From: Nitrospirota bacterium
GTDB lineage: Bacteria > Nitrospirota > Thermodesulfovibrionia > Thermodesulfovibrionales > UBA9159
Length of the DNA stretch: 64,000 nt
Assembly: GCA_963699545.1 (NCBI GenBank)
Contig: CAVOUE010000003.1
Coordinates: 576,001-640,000 of the forward strand
Direction of reading: 5' to 3'
This document shows positions 9,241 through 17,745 of the stretch, in pieces. How positions within the stretch are numbered: the stretch's first letter is position 1; every line of letters begins with the position of its first letter. Under the pieces are notes generated by a model that did no database searches, was not told the DNA's origin, and worked only from the letters and a program-made list of their open reading frames with translations. The position numbers and the translations under genes were made by a program.

Positions 9241-10284
9241 ATGGAAACACATGACTGGAAGAGTTTTGAAAGGCTTGTGGCGGCAATTAACGCCACTAAA
9301 ATGAGAGGGGCCGACGTCAGGTGGAATGATAAGATTAATGGTCGTCAATTCGATGTCAGCATCCGATTTAAATTTGGAGATTACGAATATTTGACCGTCA
9401 TAGAGTGCAAGAACTACGGGTCCAAGGTGGCGGTGGAAAAAGTTGAAGCCTTCATCACAAAAAGTGGGGACGTAAAGGCTAATAAGGCGGTAATGGTATC
9501 GTCCTTGGGATTTCAGGAAGGTGCAATTACAGTTGCCAAACAGCACGGGATTGATCTGATTACTTTAAATGAAAAAGTCGAGTATCCCGAAGAAAAGCTA
9601 ACCTCGATTGTGATTCCAGCTGTAAACATTTATGGCGTATCTTTATTAAGAAAAGGCAAAAGACAACCGATAGAGTTTGAGGGCGGCTCTAAATTACGTT
9701 ATTCGCTTTCTCATACGTTTGTGATTCAAGAATCGAAGAAAGCCGCTTTGGATAGCATCTTGTCGGATTGGGTCAATAAGAATTACGAAAAATTGTCATA
9801 CGCTGAAAGCATGCATGAAATAGCTTTCCCTGAAGGTTCCATTGTTGAAGTTTCCGAGAATGGTATTCAAAACCGTATTAGAGCAATTGCATTTAAGGCC
9901 CGCTTTATAGATACGACCCCCTCAAAGGGCCCGATGTTAGATCCACATCTGCATGAAAGAATGAATACTTATGTAGTAATGGATAATATACTCAACGGAA
10001 CCACAGAAAAAATTAAGCTGACAGACATTGAGCACGGTTTTGATACCAAAGTAAAAGAGGGATACTTCTACGTGTCGCCTCAATCAGGGCAGACTTATTT
10101 CTGTGAGAAGATCGAAGGTGACTTAGTTACTTGGTGGCTCGTAGAATCGTACCAGCACGGCCAAAGAATAGACATACGATTTACACAAGAGCTTGAGTAC
10201 TCCAAGTATTATAAGGAGATATTGGATGAAAAGATAATTAAGAGGTTGAGGAAATCGATAAATGAACTCTTGAAAGGCAGCTGA
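9241..10284 (+). CDS. Mrr-like restriction endonuclease domain protein
   Basis: WKSFERLVA...RQFDV...IECKNY...VEKVEAF...AVMVSSLGFQEGA; no adjacent methyltransferase. Confidence 0.85.
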   Translation: METHDWKSFERLVAAINATKMRGADVRWNDKINGRQFDVSIRFKFGDYEYLTVIECKNYGSKVAVEKVEAFITKSGDVKANKAVMVSSLGFQEGAITVAKQHGIDLITLNEKVEYPEEKLTSIVIPAVNIYGVSLLRKGKRQPIEFEGGSKLRYSLSHTFVIQESKKAALDSILSDWVNKNYEKLSYAESMHEIAFPEGSIVEVSENGIQNRIRAIAFKARFIDTTPSKGPMLDPHLHERMNTYVVMDNILNGTTEKIKLTDIEHGFDTKVKEGYFYVSPQSGQTYFCEKIEGDLVTWWLVESYQHGQRIDIRFTQELEYSKYYKEILDEKIIKRLRKSINELLKGS

Positions 10285-10389
10285 CAAAATTAACCCTTTT
10301 CCGCTGCGAGCCACATTTTGGTAAAACACGATGCGCCAAACTTTAGTTCCACTTTTGCACGGCGCGACAAACTATCGGCAACGTCACAC

Positions 10390-11175
10390 TCAGACTGCCT
10401 TCTTGTATCTGCATCTTGGAAAATTACTGCATCCCAAGAACGGTTCCCCTGCAGACTTACCACTCTTGGCAACGCGCTGTACGAGCTGCCCGCCACAGCG
10501 AGGGCAAATCGTTGTTAACTCATGACGCTCGCGCAACGAATCGAGGTGTGTATCGCGGCTTATAGGATTATCCTGTTTCAATTTTCTCAGCGATGTCTCT
10601 ATCTCAGTAACTTGTTGCGGTGTAAGGCAAGGCTGTCTGAAGTCTTTGATGTATGGAACGAGGCCGCTGCTCATCACATTAGAAGGCATAGGCGTCTTGA
10701 ATGTGCAATCCCCTATAAAGAAGACAATCGGCTTAAAGATCTCATGATCCAGGCGAAGATACTCAGACAGACATTTTGTATGCCGGTAGTTCTGCTTAAT
10801 GGGGTTTTGAAACTGGCTCTTTTTACCAAAGATTGACTGTGTCCATTTATCGTTTTCCGGGGAGCCGAATATCCACCCTTTTATATTCTTCGTTTCTATG
10901 ACGAAGATCCCATATACCGAGACGATCACATGGTCAATCTGTGTTGTGCCATCTGAGGCGGGTACAATTACGTCGTCGATTCTGCGGTAGGTATCTCTAT
11001 CCAGCAGCGCCCACATCCCGGCAGAAGTGATTTTTTCGCCGATCCAGCCCTTGACGGTCTTACGTCTGCGCTTTAATAAGGCTATGACCACTAGAATGAA
11101 AATAATAGGGATCAAAAACACTAATCCTTGGGAAAGCCCTTTCAAAAGAGCAAGAATCATGTCAATTGATGTCAC
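10390..11175 (-). CDS. NERD nuclease with N-terminal TM helix and C-terminal topoisomerase-type C4 zinc ribbon
   Basis: KGWIGE...TQIDHVIVSVYGIFVIETKNIKGWIFG...NPIKQN; CPRCG...GCSNFPRC. Confidence 0.92.
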   Translation of the reverse strand: MTSIDMILALLKGLSQGLVFLIPIIFILVVIALLKRRRKTVKGWIGEKITSAGMWALLDRDTYRRIDDVIVPASDGTTQIDHVIVSVYGIFVIETKNIKGWIFGSPENDKWTQSIFGKKSQFQNPIKQNYRHTKCLSEYLRLDHEIFKPIVFFIGDCTFKTPMPSNVMSSGLVPYIKDFRQPCLTPQQVTEIETSLRKLKQDNPISRDTHLDSLRERHELTTICPRCGGQLVQRVAKSGKSAGEPFLGCSNFPRCRYKKAV

Positions 11176-11198
11176 GATGGAAGTCCCTTCTCATCAGC

Positions 11199-11894
11199 TC
11201 ATTGACTACTTGTAATCTTGATGTCTTGGAAAAACTTTTGAGCTTGTGGGAGAATGTAATCAACATATTCAGGCTTTACCCTGACATATCCTGAGACCTC
11301 TCCGTTGTCTTTATCTTCAAATTTCGGGTCCAGCTCGATGAAGCCCTGTGCAATGTGTTTTCTTAATGCCCCGTCTTTGGTGTTAAGCAGACCCCTATTG
11401 TGGACTATCGCATTTCTAAGAGTCCGAAGGCCAACTATTTCCGGCCACTGAGCATTCTTTCCGAGGTCCAAATCCACATCTAAGACTTTTTCCATATAGA
11501 GCTTCGCCTGGTCCAGATAACCTCCCTTGAGGTCACTGTACCGTAAATCAACCTTTTCACCCTTTTTCTGTCTATCATGGCGAAGTGTATCACACAGGAG
11601 GCCCATTCCTGCCTCTATGCTGGCATAGAGCATCACGACGAAGGAGTCCAGAGCAAGCTTTCCGAAGACGTAGTCTATTTTTTGGTAATCGTCCGAGAAA
11701 AACTCTAAGTATTCCTCTTGCTCCTTTGCGTCTAAGCCTTTCGCTCCTTCTTCTAAACGCTCTGCAGTTAGCTTCTGCTCTCGATCAATGGCAAACTTCA
11801 TGAATGCATTATAATCCAGCAAGTTATCGAAGCCACTTATGATAAATTTGTGCATCATAGGGGCTAAACTCATAACATCTCCCTTGCTTGGCAT
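11199..11894 (-). CDS. HEPN-like protein
   Basis: VVMLYASIE...WPEIVGLRTLRNAIVHNRG (RxxxxH). Confidence 0.7.
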   Translation of the reverse strand: MPSKGDVMSLAPMMHKFIISGFDNLLDYNAFMKFAIDREQKLTAERLEEGAKGLDAKEQEEYLEFFSDDYQKIDYVFGKLALDSFVVMLYASIEAGMGLLCDTLRHDRQKKGEKVDLRYSDLKGGYLDQAKLYMEKVLDVDLDLGKNAQWPEIVGLRTLRNAIVHNRGLLNTKDGALRKHIAQGFIELDPKFEDKDNGEVSGYVRVKPEYVDYILPQAQKFFQDIKITSSQ

Positions 11895-12143
11895 ATCACA
11901 CTATTGACGTTCCCCGCCGTCGTTATTTTGTTTTTTGCCATGCCGATATTATGCCAGCTTTAGAATTTGCAGGCAATAGAAATGCAATACTTGATCACAA
12001 GAAGTCGTGGACTCCTGGGGCAGAGTGAGCACGGCGCTATTTAGTGATACGGACTTGACCATTATTCTAAGAGAATTATTCCAGTAGAATAATTCCCGAT
12101 GGCGGATGGGAACGGTTAGGTTGCATTAGAAGTAATGTAGGGA

Positions 12144-13142
12144 CTATTTTTTCTTCATAAAATCAGGAATCATCTTCCCTATTTTTAAGAGCATTACAAT
12201 ACCTGTCATAGTGAAAAAGAAAATAATAAACCAGCTCAAAGAGAAGATAACATTGAAAAGATATTGTTTGGAATCCAACAGGGAAAGAGATAAGTTGGTT
12301 TTGAAAAGATACTCTGAATTTAAATTAATACTATCGGAACCATAGACGAGAATACCCACCATGCAGAGAAGAACTAATAGAGAGACATAGGAAATGTTTA
12401 ATATAAATCCCTGTATAAAATATTTTCGTATAGCATTGTCATGCTGGTTTTCTGAGGTAATGATGCCGAGGAAGATACCAAGTAGTCCGACGTAAGATAC
12501 ATATACGGCAGAAATGGTTGTTAAGGCTGTCTTCAGTGTATCTGGAGCAATGACTCCAAAGAAATGAAAAGGGTAAACGCTTAGAACCAGAACAGCAGAA
12601 CATGCCACTAATACAAAATGGAACCAATTAGGAATGTCAAAAAATTCGTCATAAGGTCTTATTAGAATCCACTTAACAAAAAATATAGCAAATCCGAGCA
12701 TCCATATTGGCTGTTTCAGCTTATAAGCGAGATAAAGAAGAACTATCAATCTAAAGGGCTTAATGATAAAATCGTTGATATTATGACCGTCAGGAGAGGT
12801 GACATAGGCATTCCCAGTCTTTATCAGAAAACGGATTCTCAGGACATTCATAATTAGGTACGTGACAGCTAATATGAGGACACCGACATCTTTATCGGTA
12901 CAGTAAATTATGATAAAGGAAAGAAAATAGAACGCATTTTGGGATAGTGTCTGACTGCTAATTCTCAATTTGCTATGCTTCTCATGACGATGTGCTTTTG
13001 AAAAAGGTTCTTCTGTTAAAGATGCCTTTTTTCTCGTAAAGACTCGAAATATTAACCGTGGCACATCCGCAAGCATAAATAGAATCCAGGCCATTCTTAT
13101 CCAAGTGACAGGTGTCATATCATTCACCAAACCTGCAATCAT
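12144..13142 (-). CDS. Multi-pass membrane hypothetical protein
   Basis: Many hydrophobic segments; very AT-rich; 13120-13347 may be a frameshifted N-terminus. Confidence 0.7.
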   Translation of the reverse strand: MIAGLVNDMTPVTWIRMAWILFMLADVPRLIFRVFTRKKASLTEEPFSKAHRHEKHSKLRISSQTLSQNAFYFLSFIIIYCTDKDVGVLILAVTYLIMNVLRIRFLIKTGNAYVTSPDGHNINDFIIKPFRLIVLLYLAYKLKQPIWMLGFAIFFVKWILIRPYDEFFDIPNWFHFVLVACSAVLVLSVYPFHFFGVIAPDTLKTALTTISAVYVSYVGLLGIFLGIITSENQHDNAIRKYFIQGFILNISYVSLLVLLCMVGILVYGSDSINLNSEYLFKTNLSLSLLDSKQYLFNVIFSLSWFIIFFFTMTGIVMLLKIGKMIPDFMKKK

Positions 13143-13399
13143 ATCTGATTATAGTTGATATACTTGGCAATTTTCTCGCCGTTATTAATTTGCTTTGCTT
13201 CGGCATCCGTATAACCTTTGTCTCTAAAGCGTTCCTTTCCGGAAGAAACCCTACATTTATAGCAGAAACGCCATAGTGTACAACACGTTCAGCCAAGACA
13301 AGCAGCCGTGATTTCGAGGACATTAGATTGTCACGAAAGAAAATCACCGGGAGGATATTTTAGGGTATGCCAGCACCCTTCCTCCTAGTCTACACGGTG

Positions 13400-13542
13400 C
13401 GACAGGATATGCTTCTGATTCTGCACGGCACGACACATTATGCTTCTATGGGTAGTTAAATTCTGGCAATTAGACCGGTGATTTGAATAGTAAAACGACA
13501 GGTTATGATTCCGAAGGGCGACACATTATGCCTCACGGCACA
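13400..13542 (-). repeat. Tn7-like transposon end: four TnsB-type binding repeats plus 8-bp terminus
   Basis: CGACAGGATATGCTTC 13400-13415; CGACACATTATGCTTC 13431-13446; CGACAGGTTATGATTC 13496-13511; CGACACATTATGCCTC 13519-13534; then ACGGCACA (reads TGTGCCGT from outside). Confidence 0.85.
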
Positions 13543-13737
13543 GTTCAGTTCGTTCGTTGGCTTCCCGAAATCCTCAACGGACGTCAACAGGTTTCGTTTT
13601 GGCAGGGAGAAGTATTTCTGAATGCAGGTGATGTTCAGGCTGGAAGCCGGGAGACGGTATAGACCAACGCTCATTCCTGAGCCTTTGGCATAACAGGGAG
13701 ATCCAAACGTCAGGGCAAGACTACAACCTAAACTAAT

Positions 13738-13947
13738 TCAAAAGCCGTAACTGTATTGCCATTTCCTTCTTAAACATTTCGCCAAAAAGAGGGCACAGTT
13801 ATCATAGTTTTCGTTGTTGCAGCGCTTCAATCTTACTAATGCCCCTATCTTGAGAGATGTCACGGATGCTTTGCATACATCTGTCTTGACATCACAGTAC
13901 GGACATGCATCCAAGTCTTCTCTGGCCCTTGTTGCTAGTGCATTCAT
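13738..13947 (-). CDS. Small Cys-rich protein (69 aa)
   Basis: RBS AGGAGGTG before ATG 13947; CPYC...C...C...NCALFLAKCLR. Confidence 0.7.
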   Translation of the reverse strand: MNALATRAREDLDACPYCDVKTDVCKASVTSLKIGALVRLKRCNNENYDNCALFLAKCLRRKWQYSYGF

Positions 13948-13967
13948 GGTATCCACCTCCTTTCTTC

Positions 13968-14147
13968 TTAGCAATTGAATGAAAACCTCCTTGCGGCACT
14001 ATTCGCTATGATGCTTGGCAAGTTCAGTTCAGGTCTTACCCATACCTCCCTGTCTTCGATTTGTTCTTCGTAATCACAAAGAATGTTAGAACACTCATAA
14101 TGAGTTTCCCTGTCCAACATCTCTCTGCCGCACGCCAGGCATTTCAT
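13968..14147 (-). CDS. Small zinc-ribbon protein (59 aa; not in ORF track)
   Basis: RBS AGGAGGT 14160-14154; MKCLACGREMLDRETHYECSNILCDYEE... Confidence 0.7.
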   Translation of the reverse strand: MKCLACGREMLDRETHYECSNILCDYEEQIEDREVWVRPELNLPSIIANSAARRFSFNC

Positions 14148-14179
14148 GACACTACCTCCTTATCCGGATTACTGCTGAC

Positions 14180-14235
14180 AGTTTAGTAAAAGGATGTTAC
14201 AGGGTGATGACTGTACCGTGAAGTTTTCATGTCAA
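14180..14235 (-). promoter_or_regulatory. Pho-box-like (PhoB/OmpR family) tandem repeats with -10 element
   Basis: Minus-strand heptamers at 11-bp period: TTGACAT, ACTTCAC, CAGTCAT, CTGTAAC; then 10 bp and TAAACT. Confidence 0.6.
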
Positions 14236-14394
14236 ACCCCTCGTGAACTATCGAAATTATCGATATATGAGATAACCATAAATAACAACCTGACAAATGA
14301 TGTTATCCTGCCAAAATGAATAGAAAAACAAAATCCTGTGGACATCATCAAGGTGTATAGTCTCATTTCAATATTTCCTTTCGATGTCGATAGA

Positions 14395-14410
14395 AGCAAC
14401 TCACGTGCCC
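14395..14410 (-). promoter_or_regulatory. sigma54 (-24/-12) promoter
   Basis: GGGCACG-TGAG-TTGCT (GG-N10-GC); AT-rich tract upstream. Confidence 0.55.
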
Positions 14411-14653
14411 GAACAAAAAAGCTTCAATTATGGGCAGCTATAGAAGAGAGGTCTTTGCGTCAAATAACATAATTGTTATGTATAAACAATAATGTATTGA
14501 GATACCAGAGAACCGGCAGGGACATTCCCCTACGGGGGTCGCAGCGGCACTCCCGGGTGATCACTGATTATGAACGGGATGGCTAGAGGTAGCGCTGAGT
14601 TTATCTTTGCTCGGTTGGCGAAACATGAGCCTGAGGGGAAGAGTTTCCGGGGA

Positions 14654-15337
14654 CTAAAGAGGTGACTGGTCCGGCTCCTTCTCCGAGAACAGTTTCGTTC
14701 TTTTTATCGCTCCCATCAGATAGTCCTTGAATTTATCAGGAAAGAGCCACTGTATCCCCAGTTTCTCAGCCCAGAGGATCAAGCCCTGATCGGCGGAAAT
14801 CAACAGAGCATCCAGTTCCGCGGCGAGGAGGAGCAGGTCCACATCCTCTTTGCTGTCGATGATCCCCTCCCTCAGCGCCTCCCGGTACTTTCTTCTCAGG
14901 TCCTGGATTATCTCATCCGGTTTTTTCTTTTCAGCACCCCTCACTGCCTTCTCCGCGATCCGCAACCCCTTGTTCACCCTCTCCCGCATGTCTTCTATCA
15001 GTTCATAAAGCAGGAACGCGGGAATCTTAAGTTCATGCCGCTTAGGCGGTTTCTGATGCAGGATAAGGAGGAGGTCCCCGGGGATCCTTTCCTTTTCCAC
15101 AAAATGGAGCAGTTCCTCAAATATGGACGGCGGCATATAAAATTCCAGGATATGGATCTGCGCTGCCAGAAACAGGAAGGTCTCAAGGGCTTCTGTGGGC
15201 GTGCTCCCGAGGCTTGTCCGGACATCAGGATTGACAAAAAGACTTGTGTCCAGGACAACCCTATGGGGCGGCGGGAGAAAAGTGAGAGGAGGCGATGCAC
15301 CACCGTGGTCCTCGAGTTCGTTACGCTCATCGCCCAT
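14654..15337 (-). CDS. HARP protein-only RNase P (Aq_880-like PIN protein)
   Basis: VLDTSLF...YMPPSIFEEL...IPAFLLYELIEDMRERVNKGLRIAE...LRRKYREALREGIIDSKEDVDL...SADQG. Confidence 0.92.
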   Translation of the reverse strand: MGDERNELEDHGGASPPLTFLPPPHRVVLDTSLFVNPDVRTSLGSTPTEALETFLFLAAQIHILEFYMPPSIFEELLHFVEKERIPGDLLLILHQKPPKRHELKIPAFLLYELIEDMRERVNKGLRIAEKAVRGAEKKKPDEIIQDLRRKYREALREGIIDSKEDVDLLLLAAELDALLISADQGLILWAEKLGIQWLFPDKFKDYLMGAIKRTKLFSEKEPDQSPL

Positions 15338-15351
15338 CCCGATCTGTCCTT

Positions 15352-16665
15352 TCAGGCCTTGCAGACTCCGTAGAGATTGAACTGATACGTATCCCACTCC
15401 CTGCAGTTGGGGCATCTCCCCGACCAGTCATCTGAGGAATACCCACAGCTGTAGCAACAATACGGAAGCCTGAACGGTTTCTTCATGTCGATCACCTTCT
15501 TAAATTCTTCAACAGCCTTCTCGCATTGCTGCCGTCTCAGATAGATGTTCCCCAGGAGCTGGTGCAGCTCAGGATAGGGAGTGCTGCTCGTGTCAACCCT
15601 CACAAGGGTGTCGTATGCGTCGTCCAGCATCTCAAGCCGGTAAAAGAGTTTCCCCATAAAGAAGCGCAGGGCCTGGTTCTGGGGTTCCTTCAGCGTGCTG
15701 TTCCGGTAGAGGGTGATCAGTCTCCCGGGTTCGCCGAGATTAATAAGGAGATCCTCTATCCTCGCCAGGATTATGTTGGACGATGTCTGTTCGAACCCCC
15801 TCTGGAGAAGAGCGATCGCATCTTCGGATTCTCCTTCCCTGAGCATTGCCTCGGCAAGGCCGAGGTAGGCAGGTACAAAGTCCTTGTCCAGGCGGAGCAC
15901 TGTGGTAAAGGCTTTCTTTGCCTTTTCCGGTGCGGCGTTTTCGATGCCGTATCTGCCCTGTTCGTATTTATATCCTATGAGGTTCTTCTGCTCCCTCTGA
16001 CGGTCCTTCTCATTGTGTTCGCATTTGATTATGGTCCTCTGGATGGCGATGGTGTCGTCCCACCGTTCGCTTTTCTCAAGCAGTGACCGCTTCCGGTAAA
16101 GGGCAGTGAGGTTATCAGGGTCCAGCCTGAGGATTTCGTCCAGGTACAGGGTCGCTTCCGACCCTCTGCCGGTCTTCCCCATCATCCTTTCCAGGGAAAA
16201 GAGCACCTCGATATTCCGGGGCTGTATATCCCTTGCCCTCTTATAGTAGCCCAGGGCCTTCTGATAGTCCTCGTCCCCAGCAGCGATATCGCCAAGTCTC
16301 AGAAGGGCGTCCATGTGTCCGGGTTCTTCCTGGAGGATGCTCTCGAGGGCGGACCGGGCCTCATCTTCGTCGTCGGCGAGGATAGCGTTCAGCGCCCTTG
16401 AGTAAAGCTCCTGGATATGCATGTCCCGTTTCTGCCGGCGCTGATGCTGCCTGCTGTCAATGAACCGCTTGGTATCCCTGAAGAAAAAATAGACGAGCAT
16501 TACTGCAGCGCCCACCGCGAAGGACAGGAGGATGAGGGCTATCTTTGGCATCTCATACGCCGTCTTCGGAGCGACGGTAAGGGTGATGGTCTCCTCGTTC
16601 ATGACGGCAAAATAGCCGAGGGCCAAAAGCAACAACACAAAAAGCAAGAGGGCAAATTTACCCAT
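15352..16665 (-). CDS. lapB: LPS assembly LapB-like TPR protein with LapA-like N-terminal membrane region
   Basis: Two N-terminal TM segments, TPR repeats, C-terminal CYSC...WSGRCPNC rubredoxin motif. Confidence 0.8.
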   Translation of the reverse strand: MGKFALLLFVLLLLALGYFAVMNEETITLTVAPKTAYEMPKIALILLSFAVGAAVMLVYFFFRDTKRFIDSRQHQRRQKRDMHIQELYSRALNAILADDEDEARSALESILQEEPGHMDALLRLGDIAAGDEDYQKALGYYKRARDIQPRNIEVLFSLERMMGKTGRGSEATLYLDEILRLDPDNLTALYRKRSLLEKSERWDDTIAIQRTIIKCEHNEKDRQREQKNLIGYKYEQGRYGIENAAPEKAKKAFTTVLRLDKDFVPAYLGLAEAMLREGESEDAIALLQRGFEQTSSNIILARIEDLLINLGEPGRLITLYRNSTLKEPQNQALRFFMGKLFYRLEMLDDAYDTLVRVDTSSTPYPELHQLLGNIYLRRQQCEKAVEEFKKVIDMKKPFRLPYCCYSCGYSSDDWSGRCPNCREWDTYQFNLYGVCKA

Positions 16666-17069
16666 CAGGGTGAACACCTTTCATCCTGAGATGGGCGTAC
16701 GTCCTCTGGTTGAGGCGTAGGCCCGTCCTCCTCAACATTGACTCGTGGGGCATCCAGCCACAGTTTCTCCAGTTCATAGTAAGCCCTTGTCTCTTCTTCA
16801 AAGATATGGACGATGACGTCACCGTAATCCATGAGCACCCAATGTGCGTAGCGCAGCCCCTCTATGGATAACGGCGTCAGCGCGTGTTTCATAAATTCGG
16901 ACCCGACATGTTCTGCGATTGCTTTCACTTGGGTTGTGCTTTCGCCGGAGCAGATAACAAAATAATCCGTGAAGGTGGCCACGCCCTTCAGTTCAAGGAT
17001 AAGGGTGTTTCTTGCTTTCTTTGCTAATGCTGATCGTGCTGCTTCCAGGGCCTTATTCTTGGCTTCTAA
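16665..17069 (-). CDS. rsfS: Ribosome silencing factor
   Basis: DYFVICSG...QVKAIA...WVLMDYGDVIVHIF...RAYYELEKLW; frame open upstream to LEAKNKALEAARSALAKKA. Confidence 0.92.
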   Translation of the reverse strand, partial: LEAKNKALEAARSALAKKARNTLILELKGVATFTDYFVICSGESTTQVKAIAEHVGSEFMKHALTPLSIEGLRYAHWVLMDYGDVIVHIFEEETRAYYELEKLWLDAPRVNVEEDGPTPQPEDVRPSQDERCSP

Positions 17070-17740
17070 AGGTGATCACTCCCTTCCTTATAGAGGTTAT
17101 GAGAAATTATAAAGGATTCCACACTCTCTGGCAACAGGTATTTTATGCTCATCCCCTGTTTCACGAAGTTTCTTATGGCAGTCGCCGATATATCCAGAGG
17201 GGTCACGTTCACGAGGAAGACCTCCCCTCCGTTCTCAAGGACGGTGCTGTGTACAGCGCTGCGAGTGCTATCAAGCGCCGAAAATGCCTTCGCATCTGCG
17301 GCGGTCCGGGAAGGGAGCTGCGTGAAGTTGAAGCCCGGCCGTGACACTACAACGAAAGCAGTGAGTTCCACGAGCCTTTCCGGATGATACCACAGAGGAA
17401 TATCGAGAAATGCATCGATGCCCAGGATGAAATAGAGCTTCTTCCCTGGATGCATCTCCCTCAGTGCAACAAGCGTATCAACCGTGTAGGACTTCCCGGT
17501 CTTTGCGCACTCAACGTCCGAGACCTCGAAAGATGGATTCGATGCTATCGCAAGCGTGGTCATCTCGTGGCGGTATGCTGCTGAAGCCAGCTCCACATCT
17601 TTCAGCGGAGGATTTCCCGAGGGGATAAAGAGTATCTTTTCCAGGCCGATCCGCTCCCTCACTTCCTCAGAGACCCTGAGATGCCCGTAATGCACGGGAT
17701 TGAATGTCCCGCCCAGTATGCCGATCTTGCCGTCTCCCAT
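17066..17740 (-). CDS. nadD: Nicotinate-nucleotide adenylyltransferase
   Basis: GGTFNPVHYGH; ISATAIR. Confidence 0.96.
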   Translation of the reverse strand: MGDGKIGILGGTFNPVHYGHLRVSEEVRERIGLEKILFIPSGNPPLKDVELASAAYRHEMTTLAIASNPSFEVSDVECAKTGKSYTVDTLVALREMHPGKKLYFILGIDAFLDIPLWYHPERLVELTAFVVVSRPGFNFTQLPSRTAADAKAFSALDSTRSAVHSTVLENGGEVFLVNVTPLDISATAIRNFVKQGMSIKYLLPESVESFIISHNLYKEGSDHL

Positions 17741-17745
17741 AGTCT

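Larger units (their letters stand above)
1..13542. mobile_element. Tn7-like transposon (partial; continues beyond left edge of window)
   Basis: TnsA-domain transposase at 1-784. Four 16-bp direct repeats and an 8-bp terminus ending ACA at 13542. Visibly AT-richer nuclease/defence-type cargo between them; housekeeping genes resume from about 14.6 kb. Confidence 0.85.

Noticed and set aside
12073-12140. Cluster of short hairpins (GAATTATTC-N5-GAATAATTC and others)
   Set aside because: AT-rich and plausible by chance or as a terminator; no assignable function.
13400-13542. CRISPR mini-array or evidence of a CAST
   Set aside because: Repeats are 16 bp with irregular gaps of 15, 49 and 7 bp, and they end in a Tn7-type terminus. 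No cas genes in the window; a CAST cannot be excluded beyond the left edge.
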